A DNA stretch of 61,914 nt, the filler included. It is 7 parts of 7 records of this genome, joined end to end, with 100 filler letters (N's around TTAATTAATTAA, not from the genome) between each part and the next. Parts side by side here need not be neighbours in the genome. Positions count along the whole stretch, not along the records: positions 46,868 to 53,928 come from SRR31147125_55722; positions 54,029 to 61,914 come from SRR31147125_55726; 5 more parts are not named here. One strand, given 5' to 3'. The notes under the pieces were generated by a model, which saw only the letters and a program-made list of their open reading frames with translations, searched no databases and was not told where the DNA came from. Of this stretch, positions 52,713 to 61,914 are shown one piece after another. Made by a program: the position numbers and the translations under genes. Each line of letters opens with the position of its first letter. Within the stretch, counting starts at the first letter, position 1.

Positions 52713-53159
52713 TTAGCCCATGACATTATGGGGCAGACCTGGGATAAATGCCTTGATTTCGTCCCTGACCCGGCGGTAGCAGTCCAGCTGGGCCTCAATA
52801 CCCTCTCCCTTCCGGGCCAGTTCCCTGGCCAGTTTCGGCGGATCGTCAAATCCCGCGTGGACCACGGTGCATGAAGCGGGAAAATAGGGGCAGGTTTCCT
52901 GGGCATGGCCGCAGACCGTCACCACCGCATCAAGATCAATCCCCATGAATTCCTTTGCCAGTTTTGAATGGTGACCCGAGATGTCCACCCCTGCTTCAGC
53001 CATGACCTGAACGGCGAAGGGGTTGAGGCCATGGGTTTCTATGCCTGCGGAACAGGGCTCCACCAGATCTCCTTTCAGCTCCCTGGCCCATCCTTCTGCC
53101 ATCTGGCTTCTGCATGAATTGCCCGTGCATAAGAATAATATTTTCTTTTTGCGGTTCAT
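52713..53159 (-). CDS. arsC: Thioredoxin-dependent arsenate reductase (LMW-PTP fold)
   Basis: CTGNSCRSQMAEG, VTVC..A..CP, FDDP, RVRDEI. Confidence 0.88.
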   Translation of the reverse strand: MNRKKKILFLCTGNSCRSQMAEGWARELKGDLVEPCSAGIETHGLNPFAVQVMAEAGVDISGHHSKLAKEFMGIDLDAVVTVCGHAQETCPYFPASCTVVHAGFDDPPKLARELARKGEGIEAQLDCYRRVRDEIKAFIPGLPHNVMG

Positions 53160-53209
53160 TTTTACCTTCTGTCGGGGCAGCACCTGCCAGGGGGACTACC
53201 CTTAGGGGG

Positions 53210-53928
53210 TCAGAGCGCTGCCGGATTCACCCCATCTTTTACCTCCCCTGTGGTGACAAACCTGACCAGGTCATCGCCGAAGAGGTCGGGCCGGTCATTG
53301 TGGGGAAAATGGCCGCTGTCCGGGTAGAGCTTGACCGCAACAGGGCAGCCGGCCCGGGTCATCCGCCGGTAAAAGGGGCGAATCATATCCTGTTTCAGGT
53401 CCTTGAGCCCGGATATCTTTTTGGGATAAAAGGGTTCCTCGGTCCCGAAAATCAGGAGGATGGGGGCCCGGATGTCATCATACCGCTTAAACAGGCTGTC
53501 GGGATCTTCCTTCTGGATTTCCACGCCCAGATTGTAGATATCCTTTACGCTGGTTATGGCGTAGCGTTCAAATTCAATGGGATTGCCCGTAATCATCTCT
53601 TTGCGGATATCCGTGGCCAGGCGGGTGTCCGGGGTTTCTTTTTTAAAGAACCCCATGGGTATCAGCTTGCCCTTAATTTTTAGCCGGTAGAAATAAAAAT
53701 CTTCAATGAGCTTGGCATTGGTGCTGTAATCCAGTCTGGCCTTTTTTCCATAATAGGGGAACCTGTGAAAATCTTTCTTATTGGTGGTATGGGCGAATTC
53801 CCGGGGGAAAAACCGGGCCGGCAGTTCCTCCAGCCCGGCCGGGGCAATGAGGATGATGCCTTCCACGGCTTCAGGATAGGTCAGGGCATAGCCCAGGGCC
53901 CACTGCCCGCCCAGGGAATGCCCGCCGT
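53210..53928 (-). CDS. Alpha/beta hydrolase (5' truncated)
   Basis: GHSLGG at the contig edge, LIAPAG, SGHFPH. Confidence 0.8.
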
Positions 53929-54028
53929 NNNNNNNNNNNNNNNNNNNNNNNNNNNNNNNNNNNNNNNNNNNNTTAATTAATTAANNNNNNNNNNNNNNNN
54001 NNNNNNNNNNNNNNNNNNNNNNNNNNNN
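53929..54028. other. Artificial contig spacer
   Basis: N-TTAATTAATTAA-N. Confidence 0.97.
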
Positions 54029-54239
54029 TTTTTCCTGATGTCTTTTGCACTTTTTTCATTTGATAGATACATTGCACCAGTTGTGGTCCTATTGAGTATA
54101 GAATAACTACTGGATTTGCCTTGCCATATTTCGTGATGACTTCTGGTACAATTAGTCCTACTTTTGAGTCTTTGTGAGCATTTATAACCTGTTCATCCGC
54201 TTTTAAATATGGGTCTATTGATGGAAATTTCACTTTCAT
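54029..54239 (-). CDS. Hypothetical protein N-terminus (truncated)
   Basis: ATG MKVKF with AAAGGA upstream; runs off the contig. Confidence 0.45.
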
Positions 54240-54528
54240 AATCCTAATCCTTTCCAATTTGTACTCGTTTAACAACAGTATAACCTACAATGGTATACCA
54301 GTCAACTAATAAAACCTACTGTAGTCCTATATTTTTCAGATGTGTAAAACATTAGTATCATTTACCTTTCTCTTTATAATTCGAAAGCCCTAGAAGGTAT
54401 ATAGGTATAAATAACTAAAATACTCATTTAGTCGGGATTCTAATTGCAAGTAACGGCGTAACGTACACTTAAAGCGTACAATTTTGTTGTAGGTATCTTT
54501 ACGTGTGGTGATATGAAAGGAGGAAATT

Positions 54529-57500
54529 ATGAGAGTATTTCGTATGAAGAACATATGCCTAATAATGGCTATGGTTCTAGCGATTCTACCTCTATTCAGT
54601 TACATGGCTGTAGCTGAAGGTGTAGGTCTTTCCATAATTGAAAATCCGGTAGATGACGCAGCAGACGATCCAGCAATTGATGAACCAGATGATCCGGACA
54701 ATCCGGTTGAGGAAACACCTGTACCAGACAAATCTGGTGGCGAGGCACCAGTTACAATGGAAATTGAAGAGGAAGAAATTCTTCCTGCTTATTTAGATGA
54801 GTTTCAAGGTCCAATGTACACAAATATTTTCTTTGAACATCCATTTGTATTTTTCTATACATCTGAGATTAATGAAGGAAATATATTGAAGTTGGATGAC
54901 ACTCAAATTTATCCAGCTTTAGAGGAACCTGGTGGAGAAGAGCTTTCTTTGATTCAATCAGGTAGCAGCACGAATGTTTTAGTTGCTTACAGATATGACG
55001 ATGACGATGATTTATGTCTATTAGTATTTGTTGGTGGCGAAAAAGTTTATGATGAGAAGTTAGATAGCAGAGCTAAAAATGTGTTTACATCTGAAGCATC
55101 AGGATCAGTACCTACAAGTCTTGATGAAGAAGATTTTACAACCATTTCAGAACCGCAATCTACAACTCCATTTGGCTTGAAATATGAAGTTGAATTGGTT
55201 GAAGAAGATGGCAATCAAATACAACAGATTAAAATTTTACATACTAATATTAGCACTATTGCTACCGGCCAAGGTTTCTTAAACTTGATGTCGGAGCTTC
55301 CTGATGATCCAGCACCAGTAACTTCATTAGGTGAAGATTGCTTACCAGTGAATCTTGACTTAGATCCATTGGATTTTGAACCTGTTGCAAGTCCATATTA
55401 TATGGATTTTGATTTTGGATTTGACTCATTAACACTAGACTATAACACAGATGACTTTATGTATTGGGGAGATATTTTTGAGATTCCTGATTACCAAGCT
55501 CCTGATACAATTCAATCATGGCAGTTGTTCTTCAAAGTGTTTACATTAGGACAGTGGCCAGTTGAGGATGGTCCTTGGGTACCTGAAGAACCAGATCAAG
55601 AAGAAGGACTTGAAGGTGAAGCTTATTCAGAAGATTTGATGTTCATGTTACCAGGGATTTTAATGATTCCTGATTTGAAGTACATTAATTTTGTAGATGC
55701 TCACGTAACTGAAAACAAAAGAGTAGGCGAGTACTATTCTGAATTGAGTGCATATTACATGTTTAGAACAGACAAAGCTAGACCTTTTGAGTATTGGCTA
55801 CTTGAAGAGGGCGAATCACTATCAGAGGATTGCTTAACTGTTCCAGCAAAATATTATATCATAATCGATGATGCTTATTATCCATTCACATGTAGAGACG
55901 ATGGTATGATTGTAGTTCCAACTAATAAGTTTGATGAGTATTTCTACTTAGATGACTATCATAGTGAAAACTGTAGATGGTTTGATTGGGATTACATGTT
56001 CCAAGAAGAGAACATGTCAGATAATGACGAGCTCGTTGACAAGCCTAAGTACATGGATGAGATGGACGTTGATTTTGTAATTGAATGGCCTGAAGATCCA
56101 GAAGGTGACTTAGTAACTAATGAGGAAGTTGAAATTCCTTTGGTACAAATTAATGATATAGTTGATCATACAATCGTATTTGATGATTATATTGATACAG
56201 TTGCAGTAAGTGATTTTGACTGGATCAACTTAACCAATGACGCGATGGGTACAATTTTACACACGTATGACTACAATGCAATGCTATTTACAGATGATCA
56301 ATATGATTTACCATTCGGTGGTAATATGTTTGATTATTCAATGGGAATTGCAAATAGTCAAAGACACGCATTATTTATGCAGTATTTCTTGTTAGAAAGA
56401 ATGCAAAAAAGTTTTTCTGTAGCTGAAGCAGAAAGTATTTTAGAAGATGGTTACACTGAAGAAAAAGGTGGCTTACCACTTAATACTGTAGAAGGTTACA
56501 GAGTATGGCAAGATAATCTTGGTGAACAAGATGATCCTATGTATTATGATTTCCCACCTGAGGGTGACATGCCATACATGTACTTTAGAAAAGAATTGCT
56601 TGGTAAAGGAACAATTGTAACAGAGAGTCCTGAGCCAATTCAAACATTAGCTGAAGAAGGAGATTTCTTTGATGGCCAATGGTGGATGCCACCGTGGTTT
56701 AGATACCCTAATTTGGACTTGAACTATGAACATGTACCTGCAAAAGAAATTTGGGCTACAAGAAGATTAGAAGATTTCTGGCACATAGGATTCTATTTCA
56801 ATAGACAATTTATTGATGATTTCGACGACTATGCAGAAGATCAAAATGGTAGCAATTTATATACCATGAGTCCGCTTAAACTTGTTGCTCCATTTGGAGA
56901 AAGAGATTATGTAATCCTCAAAACAGGTGGCGAAGAGTTTGGTATGAACTGGCATGATAGAAACTTTGTAATGCCAATCAAACTTGGTATCGACGGCAAT
57001 TACACTGCGTGGTTTGATTACGAGTGGATTCCACTAGTAGACAATACCTTTGAAGTAACTCTATATGACGAAATGCGTCATAGAATGGGTATGGGAGGCA
57101 ATGCAGTTGTAGAGGATATGGAAGAAGACTGTGATTGTCATGGTATGGATAGACCATCATTGCCACTTAGAATTTACGGTGTCGTAAGTGATGAAATCAC
57201 AGACGAATACCTTGAGTACATGGAACCTGAAGGCGAATTCATGTTTGAAGAATATTTCTCTCCTGAAGGTATCATGCCAGAATATGATGTTCATCCAGAA
57301 CTAATTGGTGATGCTGATGAAGAGATTCCAGTTGAAGTAGATAGAGAATTCTATTTGAATATGAGTTCTAGATTTACAAACTGGTTCAATACCTTTGATA
57401 TCGTTCCAAAATATGATTGGGACCAACATGATCAAAGATTCGAGATTGAAGATCCAGTACCAATTACAAGAGTACAAATGGATGTGGACTATTATGAACA

Positions 57501-59898
57501 TCCAGAAGTAATGGATATGGGTGAAAATGTTGAATATCCAACACCATATGAATTCAGATACTTCCCAGTAAAAGAATTCCAAATTGATTTCTACGGTGAA
57601 ACATTTGGTGAGGAAGTAATGGCCAGCGACTTTGCATCATTAATTGATGATGATTACACATTCTCAGAAAGAGCTGGAAGATTTGGTTGGGTACTTGAGA
57701 ACCTAAGTAGACCATTCCCACCACATGGTATGGAACCAATGGAAACAGTTTACAAGCCATTTATGCACGACTTGACACCAACAGCTATGATGCTATTTAG
57801 AGACGATGACTTTGAAGTTGTTGAAGAAGAACCTGGCAGAGATAATGTTGTGGTTTATAACTTCGGTCATGACGGTTATGATTATGGCGAAGACGCTTTA
57901 GCTGCTGAAGGTGGCGGTCACAATGAAGATTGCTTGAAGGTAAGAGTTTATAACAATGTACCAACTGTTATTGATGGCAATGAAATTTATGAATTTGAAA
58001 TGTTTAAATACTGCGGAGACTATGTGGAATTTGAAGTAGGCCAAGATGAAGATGGCTGGTATTACATGCTTAAAGATTCACATCACTGCAGATCAAGTGT
58101 AGAAGCGGCAGCTTCTATGAGCGAAGAGGCTTTTGAAGAAGAAGGACAAGGTCCAAATGGTAATGAAAATATGGTTCAAAATCCATGGGGACACAAGTTT
58201 AGAATTGGTGATGTTGAAGAAGATATTATGGTTATGTTCGATAGAAAAGGACAATGGGTTCATGGACCGAATGATTCAGAATTCAAAGACAACCAAGATA
58301 TTATGATCTATCACACTTTAGGCCCTTGGATGCTTGAAGATAGAAGTGACTACGATGCAGACTTCAGCCATGAATTATATGTTGAAAATGCAGAACTTTA
58401 CTACTATGTATATGACTTTACTGGAATGCAAGGATTGTATTATGACTTTAATATGTCACCTCCAGATCCAGTTAAAGGAACATTCCCAGGAGATGATCCA
58501 TCAGGTGAAGCGATGATCCTAATGGAAATTACAGCTCCAGTGGAAGAAGAAGCAGAAGCAATTACTGGTGGAGAAACAGCTCCAGAAGAGGAAATGGTTG
58601 TAAACCCTGAGGATTATTATCAAAGTAGAGCGAAACTCACTGAAGCATTAATCGGTGGAGCCTTAAGTACTATTATTACAAATCCTCAGAATGAAAGAGT
58701 ACAGTATGAAGATCATTGGCCAAAATTTGAAGCTTTCTTCACAAATGATGATGATTATCTAAGACCAGAAAGAGTTAAACATGGTTTAACATATTATGGT
58801 ATGGATAAGTTTGTTGAAGGACTTGATATGGTTACTGAAGCTAGTGATATTGTAACTTACAAGTACGGTGAAAATACAACAACTTGTATCTTAGTTGATG
58901 AAGATGGCAACATGAGTACACCAATTGATTTAACAGGTGTAGATCAATCAGATCCTGCAAATAGAATGATTTCATTCAATCAGACTCACAATGGAACGTA
59001 TACAACTGTATATTATCAACATCCAGATGATGGTTGGATTCCTATGGGTGGAGAAAATGATGACTTCAAGGTAATCTTCCATGAAGAAATCAGTTGCAGA
59101 GACTACGATCCACAAATGCTTGGGGAAGAGTCTATGGATGAAGAACGTAGAAAACGTGAAAAAGACAAGGATATTCACGTATTATATGATTCTTTATACG
59201 ATGTACCATCTCGACCAACAACAACAACTACAACAACAACTACACGTAGAAATACAACAACAACAACAGAAACAATCATAGATGAAGAAGTTGCATTAGG
59301 CCTTCCTGAGTTCTCATTACCATACATCTCAGGATATCCTGGACAAGTATTTATTCCTGACAACTACTTAACACGTCAAGAACTTGCAACTATCGTTTAT
59401 AGATTAAGTGGGTTAAACCCTATAGTTCCAGAAACTCAAACATTCCCAGATGTTGGACCAGATATGTGGTCATATGATTTCATCGAAACAGTGAATGCTC
59501 TTGAATTGATGGATGGCCAATTTACAGGTAACTTTGGACTTTATAGTCCAATGACGAACGGACAATTCTTCGAAGTAATGGCAAATTACCTAGACTACTT
59601 CGAGGTAGAGTATATTGCTCCTACTGAGTCACCATTTGGCTTACCAGCAACAACTATGAACTATGATGACTTGTTGAGAGTTTATGCAACAGGTGCATTA
59701 GACGATTATACAGAGATTAGTACTCTAGATTTGGTAATGAGAAAAGATGCAGTAAGAATCATTAATAAGTTAATTGGTAGATCAACTGAGTTTGAAACAG
59801 CTCCAGATCCATCATTCTTAGATGTGACAATCTTACATCCATACTTCTATGACATAGAAGCAGCATCAAGATTAGTTCCACAAGTGACTACGCAATAA
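54529..59898 (+). CDS. Very large acidic S-layer-homology (SLH) surface protein
   Basis: Signal peptide, poly-Thr linker, IIDEEVALG, then SLH repeats (ISGYPG..FIPDNYLTRQE, FPDV...WS, FLDV..HPYFYDI). Confidence 0.88.
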   Translation: MRVFRMKNICLIMAMVLAILPLFSYMAVAEGVGLSIIENPVDDAADDPAIDEPDDPDNPVEETPVPDKSGGEAPVTMEIEEEEILPAYLDEFQGPMYTNIFFEHPFVFFYTSEINEGNILKLDDTQIYPALEEPGGEELSLIQSGSSTNVLVAYRYDDDDDLCLLVFVGGEKVYDEKLDSRAKNVFTSEASGSVPTSLDEEDFTTISEPQSTTPFGLKYEVELVEEDGNQIQQIKILHTNISTIATGQGFLNLMSELPDDPAPVTSLGEDCLPVNLDLDPLDFEPVASPYYMDFDFGFDSLTLDYNTDDFMYWGDIFEIPDYQAPDTIQSWQLFFKVFTLGQWPVEDGPWVPEEPDQEEGLEGEAYSEDLMFMLPGILMIPDLKYINFVDAHVTENKRVGEYYSELSAYYMFRTDKARPFEYWLLEEGESLSEDCLTVPAKYYIIIDDAYYPFTCRDDGMIVVPTNKFDEYFYLDDYHSENCRWFDWDYMFQEENMSDNDELVDKPKYMDEMDVDFVIEWPEDPEGDLVTNEEVEIPLVQINDIVDHTIVFDDYIDTVAVSDFDWINLTNDAMGTILHTYDYNAMLFTDDQYDLPFGGNMFDYSMGIANSQRHALFMQYFLLERMQKSFSVAEAESILEDGYTEEKGGLPLNTVEGYRVWQDNLGEQDDPMYYDFPPEGDMPYMYFRKELLGKGTIVTESPEPIQTLAEEGDFFDGQWWMPPWFRYPNLDLNYEHVPAKEIWATRRLEDFWHIGFYFNRQFIDDFDDYAEDQNGSNLYTMSPLKLVAPFGERDYVILKTGGEEFGMNWHDRNFVMPIKLGIDGNYTAWFDYEWIPLVDNTFEVTLYDEMRHRMGMGGNAVVEDMEEDCDCHGMDRPSLPLRIYGVVSDEITDEYLEYMEPEGEFMFEEYFSPEGIMPEYDVHPELIGDADEEIPVEVDREFYLNMSSRFTNWFNTFDIVPKYDWDQHDQRFEIEDPVPITRVQMDVDYYEHPEVMDMGENVEYPTPYEFRYFPVKEFQIDFYGETFGEEVMASDFASLIDDDYTFSERAGRFGWVLENLSRPFPPHGMEPMETVYKPFMHDLTPTAMMLFRDDDFEVVEEEPGRDNVVVYNFGHDGYDYGEDALAAEGGGHNEDCLKVRVYNNVPTVIDGNEIYEFEMFKYCGDYVEFEVGQDEDGWYYMLKDSHHCRSSVEAAASMSEEAFEEEGQGPNGNENMVQNPWGHKFRIGDVEEDIMVMFDRKGQWVHGPNDSEFKDNQDIMIYHTLGPWMLEDRSDYDADFSHELYVENAELYYYVYDFTGMQGLYYDFNMSPPDPVKGTFPGDDPSGEAMILMEITAPVEEEAEAITGGETAPEEEMVVNPEDYYQSRAKLTEALIGGALSTIITNPQNERVQYEDHWPKFEAFFTNDDDYLRPERVKHGLTYYGMDKFVEGLDMVTEASDIVTYKYGENTTTCILVDEDGNMSTPIDLTGVDQSDPANRMISFNQTHNGTYTTVYYQHPDDGWIPMGGENDDFKVIFHEEISCRDYDPQMLGEESMDEERRKREKDKDIHVLYDSLYDVPSRPTTTTTTTTTRRNTTTTTETIIDEEVALGLPEFSLPYISGYPGQVFIPDNYLTRQELATIVYRLSGLNPIVPETQTFPDVGPDMWSYDFIETVNALELMDGQFTGNFGLYSPMTNGQFFEVMANYLDYFEVEYIAPTESPFGLPATTMNYDDLLRVYATGALDDYTEISTLDLVMRKDAVRIINKLIGRSTEFETAPDPSFLDVTILHPYFYDIEAASRLVPQVTTQ

Positions 59899-59926
59899 CC
59901 TCATACCAGATAAAGATACCTCGCTT

Positions 59927-59951
59927 AAGATGCCTTCGGGCATCTTTTTTT
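59927..59951 (+). terminator. Intrinsic terminator
   Basis: AAGATGCC-TTCG-GGCATCTT plus T-run. Confidence 0.9.
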
Positions 59952-60475
59952 AGTGGGATAAAGGGATTTGGGTCTATTGTACTAAATTTTATACAAAAAT
60001 GTTTGCATAAGGTTGAGTGGTCAATTAATTGGCATAAATGAGAATGGTTATCGAAATGAGTTGGGAACCTTGTCCTTTAATGCATTGATAATGTTATATG
60101 ACCTTTTGTTTATATTTTAACAATATGTATAAAATGACTAGCCCTTTTTACCCATTGATATCTAGTTCAAATTACCTGTTTAAATGGAATAAATAGGGTA
60201 TAATAGAGATATGGTAGAGTTTACCATAATATAGTTATGACATTACATTTAAGGGTGATGTCCAATTACATACTTCATTCACAATGTGAAAATCAATGAA
60301 CAATAAGTGTTGGTTACCCTGATGAATTTCAGTTAGTGACCTACAATCGAGTGCGACTTGACTTTATTGAAGATGATTGACATGTTGGGATAATTCAAGT
60401 GCGAATTATTTCCGATGCAAATCGTGATAGTTCTTTTTTGGGCTAAAAATTGCGAGGTATCGAAAGGAGAAAAGT

Positions 60476-61914
60476 ATGAACAGAAGATTTGCAAGAAAGG
60501 TATCGGTCCTTCTGGTGGTTTTGATGGTTATAATGATGATGCCATCACAAGCTTTTGCAGAAGCCGGTAAAGTCTGGCGACAAAGCTATGAAGTAAAGGA
60601 TTTTAATGTATTAAGTGAATGGGTACAAGATTTCCCTATCACCTTTAATCCAGAAATGCTTTACTCAGCAAGACCTACGGGTCCACAGCAAACTTATAAT
60701 CCTCATGCCATTAGATTAGATGGTTTTAAGGATGTTAAGGTAGGTAAGACCGTTTTAGGTAATGGGGTTGAAGGACCGGTATCCCAAATTATTTATGGGG
60801 TGCTTAAAAATGACCTAGACGGAGAGGTTGAGCTGGTCATTGAAACAGATGATGTGTTCAAACTAGTATTAGACGATGGTGAGGATACAGTGATCAATAA
60901 TATGAATTATTTGATAACTGACTACACCAACAATTTTTCTGGTGAAGGCATACCATTTGAACTCAGATTCTTTTCAACTGAAGATGAAAAGAATAAGATT
61001 AAGTTGAAGTACATTGATAAGTCAACACCTCTTTTAGCAGAAGCTGTTGAACCATTAGGTGAAGATCTAGAACCAAGTGGAGAAGACTTAGAACCACTTG
61101 TTTTGGTAGAAGCTGAGACTTTTGATTTTGAATTCGACTCAGGAGATGAACCAAGACAACCAACGCCGAGGGCGCCTGAGCTAGAAAGTGACGAAGCATT
61201 ACTTGAAGCCTTCCTAAGTGAAATGGAAAATCGATTTGGTGCAGAGTATTACAGTGAACTATTTGATTTTAGACCAGTCTTGAGCGCTGCAAGTCATGGC
61301 TATTCCAACAGTGAAATGCCAATGACAGCAAATGAGAAAGTCATGGAAGTTTGGGAATATGTTACGAACTTTTATGATGATATGGATGACTTTGATATAG
61401 ACGTTTCAAAACGTGGATTCTTAAATGTCAAACATTATAACGTAATAGATCCTGGTGAAGGTGGCCATGATTATTCAGGTACAACTACTGAAGAACAAAG
61501 GCATGAAATTTATTCCATTGAAACATATGAGGGATGGAAAGTTCAAGATCCTTACATGAACAACATGGATTTAAGTTATTATGCAGAGTACGATGCTGAT
61601 TTTTATGAGTTTTATATCAATGGGTCGGGACCTGGAAGTGAAGAAGAGTATGGCGAGTATTTTGAGAAGAATAAAGGCTCCCTATATTTCCAATACTGGA
61701 ACAATTCAGATGCAGAAAATCCTGCAAATGTATTCTTTAACGCCTTGGTAATGGCTGGTTATTTTGTACCTGAAAAAACAGGTAATTACAATTTAAGAGC
61801 TGTTACAGATGATGGTATTTACGGTGTTTTAACCAACGATGGAGACGACTATTTATTTGCAGATGATTGGGTGTATCAATCACCACAAAAATCTGAACCT
61901 GTGAACGGAAAACC
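60476..61914 (+). CDS. Secreted acidic protein with PA14-like domain (3' truncated; absent from the ORF track)
   Basis: AAAGGAG RBS, MNRRFARK...SQAFA signal peptide, in-frame GYFVPEKTGNYNLRAVTDDG...DDW. Confidence 0.8.
   Translation, partial: MNRRFARKVSVLLVVLMVIMMMPSQAFAEAGKVWRQSYEVKDFNVLSEWVQDFPITFNPEMLYSARPTGPQQTYNPHAIRLDGFKDVKVGKTVLGNGVEGPVSQIIYGVLKNDLDGEVELVIETDDVFKLVLDDGEDTVINNMNYLITDYTNNFSGEGIPFELRFFSTEDEKNKIKLKYIDKSTPLLAEAVEPLGEDLEPSGEDLEPLVLVEAETFDFEFDSGDEPRQPTPRAPELESDEALLEAFLSEMENRFGAEYYSELFDFRPVLSAASHGYSNSEMPMTANEKVMEVWEYVTNFYDDMDDFDIDVSKRGFLNVKHYNVIDPGEGGHDYSGTTTEEQRHEIYSIETYEGWKVQDPYMNNMDLSYYAEYDADFYEFYINGSGPGSEEEYGEYFEKNKGSLYFQYWNNSDAENPANVFFNALVMAGYFVPEKTGNYNLRAVTDDGIYGVLTNDGDDYLFADDWVYQSPQKSEPVNGK

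Noticed and set aside
59215-59275. ACA microsatellite as a contingency locus
   Set aside because: Imperfect, in frame, and encodes the poly-Thr linker
60319-60345. Hammerhead ribozyme (CTGATGA core)
   Set aside because: No stem II followed by GAAA in the required arrangement

Overview
This window is not one locus. It holds seven unrelated contigs joined by 100-nt spacers (N44-TTAATTAATTAA-N44), with different base composition, as in a metagenomic concatenation. Many genes carry single-base homopolymer frameshifts that are probably sequencing errors. (1) 1-14868, Desulfobacterota-like: a complete, functionally uncharacterised GAK-type operon (XXXCH, PHP-like, amphi-Trp, PhoU-kinase, ATP-grasp, HprK-related kinase, CofD-like) running into phoU-phoR, preceded by Pho-box-like 11-bp repeats; then gloB, a hybrid kinase and efp. 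(2) 14969-20560: a short flagellin-like protein, flbT, flaF and a multidomain TPR glycosyltransferase. (3) 20661-27142: an intact type V-A cas12a-cas4-cas1-cas2 locus, with no array in the contig. (4) 27243-34748, AT-rich: a candidate new RiPP-like cluster with an unannotated Cys-rich (CxC[ND]xV)n...YWYPN ORF, a GT2/GT-C pair flanked by 20-bp direct repeats, two radical SAM/SPASM enzymes, a repeat/WD40 lipoprotein and YcaO. (5) 34849-46767: surface-polysaccharide genes, acylphosphatase and an ABC ATPase. (6) 46868-53928: a TonB receptor and DUF4198-like gene behind a structured leader with a NikR-like palindrome inside a terminator, plus HDAC and arsC. (7) 54029-61914, Clostridia-like: two very acidic secreted surface proteins.
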